A stretch of 24,000 bases of DNA from Dehalobacter sp. 12DCB1 (GCF_004343605.1 NZ_POSF01000015.1:107535-131534); one strand, 5' to 3'. Numbered from the stretch's first letter, positions 9,176 to 17,979 are shown. Notes: generated from the sequence alone by a model not told the origin. Program-made: numbers and translations.

Positions 9176-9730
9176 TCAGGACTTTATCGACGAATCGACA
9201 TTGAAAACCACCCTGGCTTCCGTATTTTGAGACGCTCCGCCTTCGAGATTGGCTTTAATCGCCAGTACCATCTCATGCTGGCCTGCCGTCGCACTCTTAC
9301 CGGCTGCATTACCTAATGCATCAATATTTTCAAAGGCAATTTTAGCTGTTGCTCCGGGTTCCAGTGTTGGTATAATTCCTTCCTTACTGATTTGTTTGTT
9401 TTTATCATCCAGAGCCTGAATGGTTAGGACAACCGGCACATTGGTCATCGTATTTTCGGTCATGTTTTGAATGATCGCAGAGACTTTAAAATGACTTGCC
9501 GGCAGGATCTGAACTCCCTTAAACATTTCCTCCCCATAAGTGATGTCCCGGATGACAATTTGAGGATCAAAATCAATACTTACAATTTTAATCTCAGGTT
9601 CTGTTTGTTCCGGAGTGGAAACTATCTCCGTGTTGCCAATCAGGCCGCCCATAAGGCCAATAAGAGCAACCAATATGACCAGTCCTCCGACAAACAAATA
9701 ATTTCTCTTAATAATAAAGAATTTAGCCAT
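9176..9730 (-). CDS. hypothetical membrane-anchored protein (Ig-like/beta-sandwich-looking ectodomain)
   Basis: ORF track 9176..9754. GGAGG lies 9 nt upstream of ATG 9730 (MAKFFIIKRN...). One N-terminal TM helix. No family recognised. Confidence 0.6.
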   Translation of the reverse strand: MAKFFIIKRNYLFVGGLVILVALIGLMGGLIGNTEIVSTPEQTEPEIKIVSIDFDPQIVIRDITYGEEMFKGVQILPASHFKVSAIIQNMTENTMTNVPVVLTIQALDDKNKQISKEGIIPTLEPGATAKIAFENIDALGNAAGKSATAGQHEMVLAIKANLEGGASQNTEARVVFNVDSSIKS

Positions 9731-9763
9731 GTATCTGCACCTCCATAAAACCATTTCTAATAG

Positions 9764-9801
9764 AAAACCTATGCATGCTTTTCATGGACATGCATAGGTT
9801 T
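9764..9801 (-). terminator. hairpin / likely terminator downstream of dnaI
   Basis: Perfect 13-bp stem AAACCTATGCATG / CATGCATAGGTTT with an 11-nt loop. On the minus strand the stem runs into TTTTCTATT. Confidence 0.5.
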
Positions 9802-9887
9802 ATCCCCGAAAAATCCTTATGGTTTGAGGCAATTTGCCGTAAGCTGACAACATAGGAAAATATCTTAGCATTTTTCCGGCTGAACTC

Positions 9888-10826
9888 TTATTTTTTATCC
9901 TTTTTTAATCCTTCCCGTTTTAAATAATTTTGCATCCGGATATCCTGTGGTGCAGACAAACGGAAAATCCTGCACATCTGAAGAAGCCGGGAACAGGTCC
10001 GTTCTCCCAGATAATGATCGATCTCATCAAAGTCAAGATTGGTCGTAATGACAGTCGGCAGCTGCTCGTTCATACGGTAATTCAAGATCGAGTAGATCCG
10101 ATTACGGGACCATTCGGTATAATTATGCGCACCCAAGTCATCAAGAATTAAAATCGGTACGGTTCTGGCTATATCCAGCAAGTCATATTCCGTATTTTCA
10201 CTTTTATTGCTGAATGTAGCGCGCAGTTCATCCAAAAGGTCCGGGACAATCAAAAAAAGTAGCTTGAAATTACTTTCCAGAAGCTCATTCGCAATGGAAG
10301 CTGCCAGAAACGTTTTGCCGCTTCCAACGGAGCCTGTGAAGAGCAGCCCGACCTCATTGGGATTTTCCCGGACGTTTTTGACAAACTCCCTGGCGGCCTT
10401 CAGTGCTTTTTGGGCATTCAGGTAATCTTCCTGATCCTGCTGCGTGTTCTTATAGTATGCAAGACTGAACTTTTCAAAACGGCAGTTCATCAGTTCCCTG
10501 GACAGACGCGCATATTTAAAGCTGTTTTCGATCCTCTTTTTCTCCATACACGAACAGGGCGCCGCCGTATCTCCGTTCAGAACGATTCCCCTGTCTCCGC
10601 AGAGCGGGCATACAGAGCCGGCTTCAATATTTGTTTCAGACTGAACAGTCGACTGGATCTTTATCTCCGATTCATTCTGATTTGTTTTATTCAAATTCGC
10701 TGTAGTCTGAATTCCAGTCCTGTCTTCCATGTTCGTGTTTCCCTGATTCGGCAGCACTCTCTCAATGATACGATCTGTTCTTTCCAGATGAAATCCCCCT
10801 CTGACAACAATTTCGTTACCCTTCAA
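9888..10826 (-). CDS. dnaI: helicase loader, DnaI/DnaC (IstB-like AAA+) family
   Basis: Walker A GSVGSGKT, Walker B ILILDDLG and an N-terminal Cys cluster CPLCGDRG...CSC, as in DnaI zinc-binding domains. Sits directly downstream of a DnaD-domain gene. The start is uncertain: TTG 10826 has no well-spaced SD. Confidence 0.8.
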   Translation of the reverse strand: MKGNEIVVRGGFHLERTDRIIERVLPNQGNTNMEDRTGIQTTANLNKTNQNESEIKIQSTVQSETNIEAGSVCPLCGDRGIVLNGDTAAPCSCMEKKRIENSFKYARLSRELMNCRFEKFSLAYYKNTQQDQEDYLNAQKALKAAREFVKNVRENPNEVGLLFTGSVGSGKTFLAASIANELLESNFKLLFLIVPDLLDELRATFSNKSENTEYDLLDIARTVPILILDDLGAHNYTEWSRNRIYSILNYRMNEQLPTVITTNLDFDEIDHYLGERTCSRLLQMCRIFRLSAPQDIRMQNYLKREGLKKDKK

Positions 10827-10832
10827 TGATGT

Positions 10833-10856
10833 CTATCTACCTATCTCCCTATCTCC
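10833..10856. repeat. three tandem 8-mers CTATCTNN (minus strand GGAGATAG-like)
   Basis: CTATCTAC CTATCTCC CTATCTCC read directly, immediately upstream of the dnaI start. Confidence 0.6.
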
Positions 10857-10878
10857 TATGTTTCACATGCTTGTTATC

Positions 10879-10984
10879 AGTCTGCGTGCCACAGTACCGC
10901 GACGAGCGAAGCCTGGATGGCGTAGCGCGGCCTTTTGTGTCAGGAAGACACAACGGCCGAAAGCGGTATTGTGGCACGCAGACT
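10879..10984 (+). ncRNA. structured GC-rich element, copy A (candidate ncRNA or palindromic repeat unit; strand uncertain)
   Basis: A 22-bp outer stem (10879-10900 with 10963-10984, one G-T). Inner hairpins are GCGAAGCC-TGGAT-GGCGTAGC and CGGCC[TTGTGTC-AGGAA-GACACAA]GGCCG. Homologous to the reverse complement of 18290-18397. Confidence 0.45.
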
Positions 10985-11024
10985 TGCCCTAACAAATTTG
11001 TATAATCATTCTCAGAACGCGCTA

Positions 11025-11777
11025 CTAAAGATAAATATTATCATATTTGCTTTTCGTTTTTGGCAAACCTTTCAACGGCTTGACATTTTTCCTGTTTTGT
11101 CTGGACTGGAAATTCTGATCCTCAGCCTCGACTTCCAGACGCGTTTTGATCCCCTTCTTCTCCCACTCTCTTAAAATAGAATCGAGATAGCGGAAACTCC
11201 GAATCCCGGCGCCAACGCCTCTTCGTAAAGCCTCAATAATCAGTTCTTCGGAATACGAGGCCATCAGCCATTTTTCAATATGTTCACACTCCAGACCGGT
11301 TAACGGCCTCCCTAATTCCTGTTCAAACAGCGAAGTCAGTTTAGCCTGAGAAAGGTCCGGCATATTCTCTGTGTTCGTTTTGCCATTACGTTCAGTGCCT
11401 GAGGACATCTGCTTAAACTCATTGATTCCCCATAATTCCAATAACTGATCGATCAGCCCGCTGAAATCATATTCACGGTTCGTGCCGTTTTTCGCTTTGC
11501 GGCTATTGACAGAAAGCAGTCCTCTGGTCTGGAGATTCTGGATCATGATTTTGTATTCTTCAACCGAGAGTCCCATTTTTTTGGTGATCTGTTCCTCAAT
11601 ACGATCACTGTTCGTACTTGTCTCAGTCATCATATGAATCATCAGCATCATTTCCTTGTGACCTATTCCAAGTTCCGTATAATGATCAAGTATAAGATTG
11701 GGAATCGAAACGGAACCGGAAAATAAAAGAGCTTGACAAAAGCCCCCGTATACCTTGTTTTTTGACAATGCTACCAC
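11025..11777 (-). CDS. DnaD domain replication initiation/restart protein (DnaB/DnaD-like)
   Basis: LFEQELGRPLTGLECEHIEKWL...EELIIEALRRGVGAGIRSFRYLDSILREWEKKGIKT is a typical DnaD/DnaB_2 C-terminal domain. Lies upstream of the helicase loader. Start is GTG 11777 or TTG 11768. Confidence 0.8.
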   Translation of the reverse strand: MVALSKNKVYGGFCQALLFSGSVSIPNLILDHYTELGIGHKEMMLMIHMMTETSTNSDRIEEQITKKMGLSVEEYKIMIQNLQTRGLLSVNSRKAKNGTNREYDFSGLIDQLLELWGINEFKQMSSGTERNGKTNTENMPDLSQAKLTSLFEQELGRPLTGLECEHIEKWLMASYSEELIIEALRRGVGAGIRSFRYLDSILREWEKKGIKTRLEVEAEDQNFQSRQNRKNVKPLKGLPKTKSKYDNIYL

Positions 11778-11852
11778 CTCATACCATTCATTGATGTTAG
11801 AAAAAAATTATTGGCATTATTGCTACTATTCTATATATTACACTATTACTGT

Positions 11853-11875
11853 CCTAAAATCCTAAAGATTTTAGG
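11853..11875. promoter_or_regulatory. perfect 9-bp inverted repeat CCTAAAATC-N5-GATTTTAGG in a divergent promoter region
   Basis: Read directly. The right arm overlaps an AGGAGG that has no convincing ORF behind it. Confidence 0.35.
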
Positions 11876-11970
11876 AGGAAAAACAATTTTTATGACGACA
11901 ATTTTTCCATGTATTGGAAGGACTTTTGCATTTTTTTGCCGTAATACTTAACAGAAAGGTGGTGCAGGAT

Positions 11971-12561
11971 ATGGATATCTCCAAAGAACTATTTCAAATT
12001 ATCAACCAATCCGGTGCGCATCCGGCTCTTGGCTGGAAACACTGTCAGCGGGTCTATCATTTATCCAAAGAATTATCTCAGCATCTCAACCTGAATGATG
12101 AAGTACTTTATATTTCTGCCATGCTTCACGATACGGGAAAGTACCCGATGTACGCGCTTCCCAACGTCGATCATACCCTCAGATCAAAAGGCGTCGCGAT
12201 GAACCTGTTGAAGAGCTATCACTTTGAGCAGGAAAAACTGGCAAAAATTCTGGACGCCATTGAATGCCACATGTATTATTCCGAGCCGGGCAACAGTGAC
12301 GAGGCTATTTATTTAAGGGACGCCAATATCCTTGATAATCTCGGAAACATCGGATTAATGAAACTACTGAGCCTTGTCGGACAGGACGAGCTGATCCCGA
12401 GTCCCGATGAGGCTTTAATGCGGGCGCAGACCTTTGCTGAAGCACTGCCTAAAAAAGTGTACTCCAAGACCGGCAGGAGAATCGCTGTAAAACGGCGCGA
12501 AGAGATCATGCGTTTTCTGTCAGGGATTAAGCGTCAGACCTCGGAGTATGCCTGGATCTGA
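11971..12561 (+). CDS. HD domain phosphohydrolase
   Basis: H...HD motif (HCQRVYHLS ... YISAMLHDTGK). GAAAGGTGG RBS before ATG 11971. The track start at 11914 lacks an RBS. Confidence 0.75.
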   Translation: MDISKELFQIINQSGAHPALGWKHCQRVYHLSKELSQHLNLNDEVLYISAMLHDTGKYPMYALPNVDHTLRSKGVAMNLLKSYHFEQEKLAKILDAIECHMYYSEPGNSDEAIYLRDANILDNLGNIGLMKLLSLVGQDELIPSPDEALMRAQTFAEALPKKVYSKTGRRIAVKRREEIMRFLSGIKRQTSEYAWI

Positions 12562-12567
12562 TTCGGT

Positions 12568-14316
12568 TTACCGTTTCATTCTTGTTTTTAAAAGATCGGA
12601 AATGCTCTCAAAGGTATCAATCAGGTTTTCATAGTCTTGGCGCTCATTGCTCCTATCAATGAATAGTTTCAGGTCTTTGCGGAGTTTGGTATAGGCCCTG
12701 TTTGCTTCGGAAAGCAGAACTTTTCTCCGGCGTTTGAAGGTTCTTCCCCCTGATCCTTCTTCTGAAGATCTTTGCTTAACAGATTTGGACGGGTGTGACT
12801 GCCGTTCCTGAGGTGCAGGATAACCTATCCTATCTTCAATTTCCTTTAGCCAGGGCTTGGAAGGTTTTAGACGCTTGATTTCGCCGTCCGCTATCTCCAG
12901 GCATTCACCCAGTTCCGGAATGATTGGCGCAATCCCGAATTTTTGCTGGACCAGAGATGAAAACGCCTGAATCGCATCATCTTCGCCATGGACCAGGATG
13001 AGCTGATCTGCGTTGCCGCCGGCGGCTTTAAGCCAGGCCAGCAATTCATTCTGGTCCGCATGCGCTGAAAAACCTTGGAACGCAACGATTTCGGCGTTGA
13101 CCGCGACTTTCTCTCCATGGATAGTCACTTCTTTGGCACCGTCAGTTAAAAACCGGCCAAGTGTCCCTTGGGCCTGATAACCGACAAAGATGACCGTGGC
13201 ATCGTACCGCCACAGATTATGTTTCAAATGATGCTTGATTCTTCCGGCATCAGCCATCCCGCTAGCCGAAATGATAATCGCGCCGCCCTGTATCGCATTC
13301 AGCCGGATTGAATCCTCCGCGGTTTCACTCAAGTGAAGATTCGGCATGGCAAACGGGCTTTGGCCCGCCTCCAGCAGCTGTTTGGTTTCCTGATCAAAAT
13401 TCCGGGTATTCCGCCCAAATATTCTCGTCGCTGCAACAGCCAGCGGACTATCGATGTAAATCGGCATTGCCGGAATTTTTTTGTCATCTTGAAGTTTGCG
13501 CAGGTAGTACAAAAGGTCCTGTGTCCGATTTATGGCAAAAGCCGGAATAATAATATTGCCGCCTTTTTGGTGGGCATTATTGATGACCCTGGCCAGGTTT
13601 TCCATTCGATTGGTTTTATCCGGATGAATCCGGTTGCCGTAGGTTGTTTCCATCACAATCATACAGGCATCTCGTATACCATCAGGATCCTTAAGCATAC
13701 ACGCTTCTTTAATCCCTTCGGGATCTTCGACATAAGGCTGACCGGAAGTCCCGATATCTCCGGAAAATGCAATGGTTTTCGTCGTGTTGTTTTCTTTGAC
13801 GCTGACAATGACATGGGCCGAGCCCAAGATATGCCCGGCATCGACAAACTGAAAGGACAGCGATTGCGAGATCGCGGTCTTTTGATTATAGGCCGCCTCG
13901 ACAAAGTGCTTTTGCGCATTCACCGCATCTTCAACCGTGTAAATCGGTTCAATTAATGGAGCATCCATCCTGCTGTGCTTGCGATTTTTTCTGGTGACCT
14001 CCATTTCCTGGATGTGCCCGCTGTCCGGCAGCATCACAGAGCATAGTTCTATGGTTTCCGTCGTCGCATAGATCGGCCCGCTGAAACCTTTTTTGATGAG
14101 CTTCGGAATAAGCCCGGAATGGTCAATATGGGCGTGCGTTAAAATCACAGCGTCAAGAAGGTTGGGATCAAACGGAAACGCGCCGTAATTCAGTTCTTTC
14201 ATGATTTTGGAACCCTGAAACATTCCACAGTCAATCAGGATTCTGGTATCTGTTGTTTCCAGCAAATAACAGGAACCCGTCACAGTCTGACTGGCACCAT
14301 AAAAACAAAGCTTCAT
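12568..14316 (-). CDS. beta-CASP family MBL-fold ribonuclease with basic C-terminal extension
   Basis: HAHIDHSG metallo-beta-lactamase motif, TTYGNR (motif-B-like) and FSAHAD (motif-C-like), with a VHGE-type ending. There is an additional ~100-aa Lys/Arg-rich tail. Confidence 0.85.
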   Translation of the reverse strand: MKLCFYGASQTVTGSCYLLETTDTRILIDCGMFQGSKIMKELNYGAFPFDPNLLDAVILTHAHIDHSGLIPKLIKKGFSGPIYATTETIELCSVMLPDSGHIQEMEVTRKNRKHSRMDAPLIEPIYTVEDAVNAQKHFVEAAYNQKTAISQSLSFQFVDAGHILGSAHVIVSVKENNTTKTIAFSGDIGTSGQPYVEDPEGIKEACMLKDPDGIRDACMIVMETTYGNRIHPDKTNRMENLARVINNAHQKGGNIIIPAFAINRTQDLLYYLRKLQDDKKIPAMPIYIDSPLAVAATRIFGRNTRNFDQETKQLLEAGQSPFAMPNLHLSETAEDSIRLNAIQGGAIIISASGMADAGRIKHHLKHNLWRYDATVIFVGYQAQGTLGRFLTDGAKEVTIHGEKVAVNAEIVAFQGFSAHADQNELLAWLKAAGGNADQLILVHGEDDAIQAFSSLVQQKFGIAPIIPELGECLEIADGEIKRLKPSKPWLKEIEDRIGYPAPQERQSHPSKSVKQRSSEEGSGGRTFKRRRKVLLSEANRAYTKLRKDLKLFIDRSNERQDYENLIDTFESISDLLKTRMKR

Positions 14317-14356
14317 TCGTATTCCCTTCTGCAGCCTACTGAAGCCACAAAAAAAT

Positions 14357-14995
14357 TTATTCCAGTGTAATAAGTTTTGTCTTCACTGCTTTCAAAGCAG
14401 CCTGGGTGCGGTCTTCGACCTCTAGTTTTCTAAAAATACTGGAAAGATGATTTTTGACTGTTTTTTCACTTATAAACAGCGTTAAGCCAATATCTTTGTT
14501 TGACGAGCCTTTGACCACATAGGTAAGTATCTCCATTTCCCTGTTGCTTAATCCGAAATGATCTTTTGGACTGTTCGGATTGGAAAGCTGGCCAAGCAGT
14601 TTGCCGGTTACCGACGGGGACAAAATGGGTTCTCCAGCATATACTTTGCGGATGGAATCAACCAGGGCTTTCGGAATGACGTCTTTCAGCAGGTATCCAG
14701 CTACCCCGAGCTGTAATACCTGGAACACTTTTTCATCCGAGTCATCGACAGTAAGAATTAAAATCCCAATGTTCGGGAATTCCCTTCTGATGACTTTACA
14801 GGCTTCAAGACCATTTACCCCAGGCATATTCAAATCCATCAGCAGAACATCAAACGGCGTCTTCCTCGCCATATTAATTGCCCCTTGACCATCTCCGACT
14901 TCGGATACAACCTGAATGCCTTCTTCAAATTCCAGAATTCTTCGTAATCCTTCCCTGAGAAGCGGGTGATCATCGGCAATTACAACCCTTATCAT
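14357..14995 (-). CDS. degU: NarL/LuxR-family response regulator, DegU-like
   Basis: Receiver starts VVIADDHPLLREGL and has DVLLMDLNMPGVNG. C-terminal LuxR HTH (LSNREMEILTYVVKGSSNKDIGLTLFISEKTVKNHLSSIF). Directly downstream of a DegS-like kinase. Confidence 0.8.
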   Translation of the reverse strand: MIRVVIADDHPLLREGLRRILEFEEGIQVVSEVGDGQGAINMARKTPFDVLLMDLNMPGVNGLEACKVIRREFPNIGILILTVDDSDEKVFQVLQLGVAGYLLKDVIPKALVDSIRKVYAGEPILSPSVTGKLLGQLSNPNSPKDHFGLSNREMEILTYVVKGSSNKDIGLTLFISEKTVKNHLSSIFRKLEVEDRTQAALKAVKTKLITLE

Positions 14996-15013
14996 TTTGA
15001 TCCTTTCCTCCTT

Positions 15014-16135
15014 TTATTCAGAATATGGAATGTTAAACGTAACAACAGTACCCTTGCCCGGTTCTGATTGAATCGATAATTGTCCGGAGTAAGCCTGAAT
15101 TCGCTCATTAATTCCAATCAAGCCGAAATGGGCACCGGAATTATCCAAGCCATTGCTGATATCAAATCCTTTACCATCATCGATAATCTGACCGACAATC
15201 CTGTTATCCTGAAAATTCAAATGAACCCTGCACTTCGGGGATTCCGCATGTTTAGCCACATTGGTCATCCCTTCCTGAACCAATCGGAAAAGGGCTACTT
15301 CTACGGAGGAATCAAGCTCCCTTTCTTGTCCTTCCACGATAAGTTCACAGGTCAGCCCATACGTTTTTTCAAAGTTTTTCATATAATGATTGATGGTATC
15401 AACAATTCCCGCCCCATTTAAAGGAATTGGCCTGAGTCCGAAAATGATTCTGCGGATATCCTTCAAATTATCCCTGACCAGTATATTCAGTTCTTTCAAT
15501 TCTTTTTTTACCTGGCGGTGATCAAGTTCCAGAAGTTTCTCTGCTATTTCCAGACGCAGAACAATGTTTGCCAGACTCTGGGCGGGACCGTCGTGGACTT
15601 CACGGGCGACCCTCAGGCGTTCTTCTTCCTGAGCCTTGATGATCTGAAAAGCTGTTTCTTTTCTCTGGTCACTGCTATAGAACTGACTGATCTCACTGAT
15701 TCCTTCTTTTAAAAGCCGTAGGGCAAGACTGACCTGGCTCATCAGATCCTCAGCCTTAATCACTGTGATATCCAAATTTTTTAACGTTCTTTCGATTTCA
15801 TCCCTGCGGGAACGCAGCTGAAGCTCTTTCGCCTGGAGCAGTTGCAGCTCTACCTGTGCATCCTTCGTTTCCGAATACGCTTCGAGCATCTGTTTCTCAT
15901 TGAACTTATCGAAGTTCTTGTTGACTTCCATCAGCTTCCGACGGAAGCGTTTTTCTTTCATAAACTGGGTATCCACCATTTTGATGGTGTCTTCAATTTC
16001 CCTGCGCATAAATTCCAGTTCTTTTTTTAACCGCTGTATTTCGTTGCGGGTCATCTCATAGATGTCAAATATTTCTTCTTTACCGTTCTCGATTGCGTTG
16101 AGCGTTGATTCAAAGACAGCAGTTAATTTATCCAT
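15014..16135 (-). CDS. degS: cytoplasmic sensor histidine kinase, DegS-like
   Basis: No TM segments. Coiled-coil N-terminus, H-box EEERLRVAREVHDGPAQSL, and a HATPase C-terminus. Colinear with B. subtilis DegS as I recall it. GAGGAG lies 7 nt before ATG 16135; track start is TTG 16150. Confidence 0.8.
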   Translation of the reverse strand: MDKLTAVFESTLNAIENGKEEIFDIYEMTRNEIQRLKKELEFMRREIEDTIKMVDTQFMKEKRFRRKLMEVNKNFDKFNEKQMLEAYSETKDAQVELQLLQAKELQLRSRRDEIERTLKNLDITVIKAEDLMSQVSLALRLLKEGISEISQFYSSDQRKETAFQIIKAQEEERLRVAREVHDGPAQSLANIVLRLEIAEKLLELDHRQVKKELKELNILVRDNLKDIRRIIFGLRPIPLNGAGIVDTINHYMKNFEKTYGLTCELIVEGQERELDSSVEVALFRLVQEGMTNVAKHAESPKCRVHLNFQDNRIVGQIIDDGKGFDISNGLDNSGAHFGLIGINERIQAYSGQLSIQSEPGKGTVVTFNIPYSE

Positions 16136-16245
16136 AGCGTGACTCCTCAATAATCATTTAATGAGTCAATTAATATCTCATTCGACATTTTCTTGATATT
16201 TCCTACTTAAGGCGGACAAAAATAAAACTATCCACGCTATTCCGC

Positions 16246-16282
16246 TAAAAACAAGCGAGTACTTTTTGAATTGTACTCGCTT
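16246..16282 (-). terminator. rho-independent terminator after the thioredoxin-like gene
   Basis: AAGCGAGTAC-N10-GTACTCGCTT perfect 10-bp stem, followed on the minus strand by GTTTTTAG. Confidence 0.6.
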
Positions 16283-16326
16283 TTAATCACACGAAACTAT
16301 TTTATGAGATTGATAGCATCTTTTTT

Positions 16327-16566
16327 CTACCGCGCAGTTTCTAAAATCTTTACGATCTCCTTGGGTTTTAGAACTTTCCCAAAAGATACCACCTTTTCGT
16401 CAATAACCAGGGCTGGTGTGGACATCACACCATAGGCTATGATGTCTTGAATATCGGTAACTTTGATTACTTCGGCAGCAAGGCCCACTTCTTCCAAAGC
16501 AATTCTGGTATTTTCAGCAAGGGTAACGCAATTTTTGCAGCCAGATCCTAAAATTTTAATCATCAT
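16327..16566 (-). CDS. small thioredoxin-fold protein (redox-active disulfide protein 2-like)
   Basis: 79 aa with KILGSGCKNC (CxxC near the N-terminus). This size and motif are typical of the glutaredoxin-like proteins found next to DUF318 permeases. Confidence 0.75.
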   Translation of the reverse strand: MMIKILGSGCKNCVTLAENTRIALEEVGLAAEVIKVTDIQDIIAYGVMSTPALVIDEKVVSFGKVLKPKEIVKILETAR

Positions 16567-16611
16567 ATTTAATACGCTCCTTTTACTTGAAAATTCAAAT
16601 ATTATTACCCC

Positions 16612-17613
16612 TTACATGAGCAAATATCCCAAGGCATTAAATGTATAGCCGATGATAAGAATGCCAATGGTTACAATCCCTGCAAATATGACGAGCAGTT
16701 TCATTTTTACGACTTTCTTGAGCATGATCAAAGACGGCAGAGAAAGTGCGGTGACAGCCATCATGAAGGATAAAGCAGTTCCCAGACCAACACCCTTGGC
16801 CACCAATGCTTCCGCAATCGGCAGCGTCCCAAAAATATCTGCATACATCGGGACCCCTACCAAAGTAGCCAGCAATACCGAATACCATTTATCCTGACCC
16901 AGAAGTAAGGAAATAATATTTTCAGGAATAAAGTTGTGAATCGCAGCACCTATACCGACACCGATTAGAATATATACCCACACTCTTCTGACAATATCAC
17001 GAACCTGATCTTTAGCAAACTCCAGCCTTTCCCGAGTTGTTAACCGCTCCGGTTCTATTTCCAGCATTTTATTACTGAATACAAACGGTTCTACATACTT
17101 TTCCAGCTTTGCTCTGCTAATCACGGTTCCGCCAATTACTGCCAGAATCAAACCAACAACAACGTAGGCAATGGCAATGGTCCAATTAAAGATACTTGCC
17201 AGCAAAAGCACCGAAGCCAAATCCACCAGGGGGGATGATATTAAAAACGAAAAAGTAACACCGATGGGAAGCCCCGCACTGGTGAAGCCAATAAAAAGCG
17301 GAATGGAAGAACAGGAGCAAAAAGGCGTCACCGTACCGAGTAAAGCACCTAAAATATTTCCTGAAATACCGTTAAACCTGCCGAGTATTTTTTTGGTTCT
17401 TTCCGGTGGAAAAAAACTTTGAATATAAGAAATGAGAAAGATCAAAACGGCTAGCAAGATAAATATTTTAAGAACGTCATAGATGAAAAAATGGAGACCA
17501 CCTCCCCAGCGATCCTGGATGCTAAGCCCAAAGACATTCTCAACCAAGAGCTTTACCAAATCAGAAAGCCATTCCATCCTGAGCAATTGGTTATTTAGCC
17601 ATTCAAATACCAT
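16612..17613 (-). CDS. permease, DUF318/ArsP-like family
   Basis: 333-aa polytopic membrane protein with a TPFCSCSSIPLF motif. Sits between an ArsR regulator and a thioredoxin-like gene. Confidence 0.75.
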   Translation of the reverse strand: MVFEWLNNQLLRMEWLSDLVKLLVENVFGLSIQDRWGGGLHFFIYDVLKIFILLAVLIFLISYIQSFFPPERTKKILGRFNGISGNILGALLGTVTPFCSCSSIPLFIGFTSAGLPIGVTFSFLISSPLVDLASVLLLASIFNWTIAIAYVVVGLILAVIGGTVISRAKLEKYVEPFVFSNKMLEIEPERLTTRERLEFAKDQVRDIVRRVWVYILIGVGIGAAIHNFIPENIISLLLGQDKWYSVLLATLVGVPMYADIFGTLPIAEALVAKGVGLGTALSFMMAVTALSLPSLIMLKKVVKMKLLVIFAGIVTIGILIIGYTFNALGYLLM

Positions 17614-17653
17614 CTAAGTCACCTTCTTGTTGTTTATTCGTTTGATTCAATAG

Positions 17654-17953
17654 TTATTTTTTTCTTTTTGTTACATATGATTTTTGTAACCTTATCAAAA
17701 AGCCGGCAATGACTTCAAGTTTACTTTCATTGATAGAATACCGCATCCAGATGCCATCCCGCCTGCCATTCACCAGACCGCTTTCACATAAGATCTTCAT
17801 GTGATAAGAAAGCGTGGATTGGGTTATGTTGAACGCTTCGAGTATCTTACAAGCACATAGTTCCCCATTGCCCAACATGTCAAATATTTTCAATCTTGTT
17901 TCATCAGATAATGCTCTCATCGCTAAAGCATATGCTTGATAATTTCGTTCCAA
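17654..17953 (-). CDS. ArsR/SmtB family transcriptional regulator
   Basis: 99 aa with LSDETRLKIFDMLGNGELCACKILEAFNITQSTLSYHMKIL (wHTH with the ELCAC metal/metalloid-site motif). Confidence 0.85.
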   Translation of the reverse strand: MERNYQAYALAMRALSDETRLKIFDMLGNGELCACKILEAFNITQSTLSYHMKILCESGLVNGRRDGIWMRYSINESKLEVIAGFLIRLQKSYVTKRKK

Positions 17954-17979
17954 TTCAACCGCCCCTGTTGTAGGTTTAT

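Noticed and set aside
11892-11951. 19-aa ORF (MTTIFPCIGRTFAFFCRNT) behind an AGGAGG in the dnaD/HD divergent region, considered as a possible leader peptide.
   Set aside because: The SD-to-ATG spacing is 13 nt, there is no attenuator structure downstream, and nothing supports translation.
13333-13956. 207-aa plus-strand ORF inside the beta-CASP RNase gene, together with the smaller internal ORFs 12891..13118, 13308..13550 and 13659..13919.
   Set aside because: Antisense or out-of-frame shadows of a well-supported 582-aa gene, with Arg/Ile/Phe-rich low-information translations.
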